DNA of 64,000 nucleotides from the human T2T-CHM13v2.0 reference genome, Homo sapiens: the NCBI RefSeq assembly GCF_009914755.1, contig NC_060939.1. The stretch is one strand, 5' to 3'. Position 1 is the first letter of the stretch. Every line of letters begins with the position of its first letter. A program made the position numbers and the translations under genes. The notes beneath the pieces were generated by a model that saw only the letters and a list, made by a program, of their open reading frames with translations, did not search any database and was not told the origin of the DNA. Shown here one piece after another: positions 61,545 to 64,000 of this stretch.

Positions 61545-61775
61545 CGGTTGAGCACCTACTGCCTGCCAGGCACCGTGCTGAATGTTCTGGAAACAGAACT
61601 TGTTATCCCTCCCCATAACCCTGTTAGGTCAGTTTTTATTCTCATTTTATTGTTGAGAAAACCAAGGCTCAGAGAGGTGAAGTGCCTTGCCCTGGGCCAC
61701 CCAACAAGTGAATGGCAGAGCCAAGTTTTAGAAAGTTGGGTTTGTCTCTCCACCAAGGCCACAGTCTTTCCACTG
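61545..61775 (-). mobile_element. MIR SINE
   Basis: ttgagcacctactg...ctcattttattgttgagaaaaccaaggctcagagaggtgaagt. Confidence 0.7.
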
Positions 61776-62015
61776 GCCCCTGCTGTTCCCAAGGCTGGGC
61801 AGGGGTTGGGGGAATTACGGGGCTCTGCGGATTCCTTCCTGCCTATTATTTTTACATTTCCTCATTAGGAGATTTTGGCTGAAGTTCTTTGGGGGCCGGG
61901 CTCCAGATGAGTTCCTCTCTCCCGCGGCCTCTCCCCATCTCTCAGCCCCAGATTCCCTGGCCAGTATTTCCCATCCCAAGACATCTTGAACCAGATGGGT
62001 AAGGTTAGAGAGCTG

Positions 62016-62364
<349 letters not shown>

Positions 62365-62437
62365 TAATATAAGGAAGGTTGGAATAGAAGACTTTGAAGA
62401 CCCATCCTAGCTCAGACATTCTTGAATTTTCACATCA

Positions 62438-62892
62438 AGTGTATGTGTGTGATTGTGTGAATGTGTGTGATTGCGTGTGAAATTATAGAGGATTAGGGGT
62501 GTGTATGTGTGATTACTGAGCAACTGTAATTAGAAGTGTGTGACTGTATGTGGGGAATGGTGTGTATGTGGGTGTAATTGTATGTGTTAGGGTGTGTGTG
62601 TGTGTGTGTGTGCATTATATGTGGATGACAGACTAGGTGTGGATGGTTGGGAATGTAGGTGTGATTGTGTGACTATATATGTGTATGGGAAGGGTGATTG
62701 AATGTCTATATGTGTGTATTGGGGGTGAGCATGAGTGTATGTACATGTGTGGGTGATTGTGGTATGTGGATCTGTGTGCAATTCGGACTGTCTAGGAGTA
62801 TGTTATTGTGTATAATTGTGTGCACGTGTGAGTGTGTGTGTGTGACTGCATGGGTGATTTGGAGTGACTGTGTCCGTGTGTGTTGTGTGTGT
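62438..62892. repeat. TG-rich low-complexity tract including (TG)n
   Basis: Degenerate tgtgtg/gattgtg units. Confidence 0.85.
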
Positions 62893-63200
62893 TGGAGGGC
62901 AATGAAGCTTCATCTCAGCCTGGACCTGATTCAGGACCTGGATGGTGACCGAACCCTCTTCCTTGACCTACTGATGGGTATGTCTGGGCTGGGGCAGAGC
63001 AGGGGACCCTGTGGGTACCCAGGATGCCAGCAGGCCAGCGGAGTGTGTTCCCCCTGGTAATTAGCTCCAGACATGGCAGCATGGCCTCTCCCTGACAGGG
63101 AGCCTGGAAGATGCTGCAAACGTGTTCAGGCCCCAGCCAGGTCTCTTTGGGGGAAAAAAAATTAAAGGAGGAGAAAAAAAAGAAACCCAAAAGACAAATC

Positions 63201-63206
63201 TTTATT
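63201..63206 (-). terminator. Candidate polyadenylation signal AATAAA
   Basis: Minus-strand AATAAA followed by a GU/U-rich tract. Confidence 0.35.
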
Positions 63207-63540
63207 GAAACATTTTGTGACACTCACACCAAGTAATTGATTTCCTTATTAGTAGCAGATTTTTCTCCCCGCCTCTTCTCTTGCCTGAACTTATAAAAGC
63301 AAAAGAGGTGGAAAACCAGTCTAGTACAGACCCTGGACTGAGTCCTGTCCCTCTGCCCTTCCTAGAGTAGGTCAGCAAGGGTGCAACATTTGCTTTTTCA
63401 GGTCTAACTATAGATAGAAGGGCAACGATCACCTGGGGGACCAGGTTTCAAAAGCCTGGGGAAAGCCCTCTGTCCATCCCTCAATTTCCTCTTCTTCACC
63501 TCCAGCTGCTATGAAATCTGACCATTAGTGAGTCATTCCA

Positions 63541-63814
63541 TTTTCTTTCTTTTCTCTCTCTCTCTTCCTTCCTTCCTTCCTTTTCTCCCCTCCCCTCCCC
63601 TCCCCTCCCCTCCCCTCCCCTTCCCTTTCCTTTCTTCCCCACCCCGCTCTCTCTCTTTCTTTTTTCAGACAGGGTCTCACTCTGTTGCCCAGGCTGAAGT
63701 GCAGTAGCATGATCATGGCTCACTGCAGCTTCAAACTCCCTGGCTCAGGCGATCCTCCCACCTCAGCCCCTGGAGAAGCTGGGACTACAGGTGTGCACCA
63801 TCATGCCTGGCTAA

Positions 63815-63815
<1 letters not shown>
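63541..63815 (-). mobile_element. Alu right arm with pyrimidine-rich (CCCCT/CTTC) tail; linker runs into the AT repeat at the window edge
   Basis: Reverse Alu arm from ~63660 to ...cctggctaa. Confidence 0.88.
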
Positions 63816-63867
<52 letters not shown>

Positions 63868-64000
63868 TTATATATATATATATGTATTTATATATATATA
63901 TATGTATTTATATATATATATATATGTATTTATATATATATATGTATTTATATATATATATATATGTATTTATATATATATATATATATGTATTTATATA
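63816..64000. repeat. (TA)n / TGTATT(TA)n minisatellite
   Basis: Long pure (TA)n followed by repeated tgtattta(ta)n units up to the window edge. Confidence 0.95.

Overview
Primate (most likely human) GC-rich, Alu-dense non-coding DNA, either intergenic or deep intronic; I cannot name the locus. No protein-coding gene is supportable: the listed ORFs are Alu-derived, GC-rich CpG-island frames or chance ORFs. No tRNA, rRNA or CRISPR array was seen. The window holds about 40 Alus, many MIR/L2/old L1 fragments, three solo LTRs (MER41B, MLT1B, a MER74/MER54-like ERVL LTR), several DNA transposons (Tigger2-type, Tigger3b, MER2, MER33, MER5, MER94), two orphan CpG islands (~25.5-26.1 kb and ~58.4-58.9 kb) and microsatellites. 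The most striking unexplained structure is a 45-bp near-perfect inverted repeat (38744-38848). It sits 2 bp from a 195-bp, 98%-identical local duplication (38851-39045 = 40086-40280). This is one of several template-switch-like scars; others are a 44-bp templated insertion and a micro-inversion inside one Alu, and a 14-bp fold-back at 45.25 kb. Other candidates are a ~24-nt GATA-core motif shared by both CpG islands, a 6-nt microexon-like signal, a minus-strand terminal exon with AATAAA near the right edge, and a GAS-bearing MER41B next to a CpG island. Repeat family names are from recalled consensus sequences, not from a database search.
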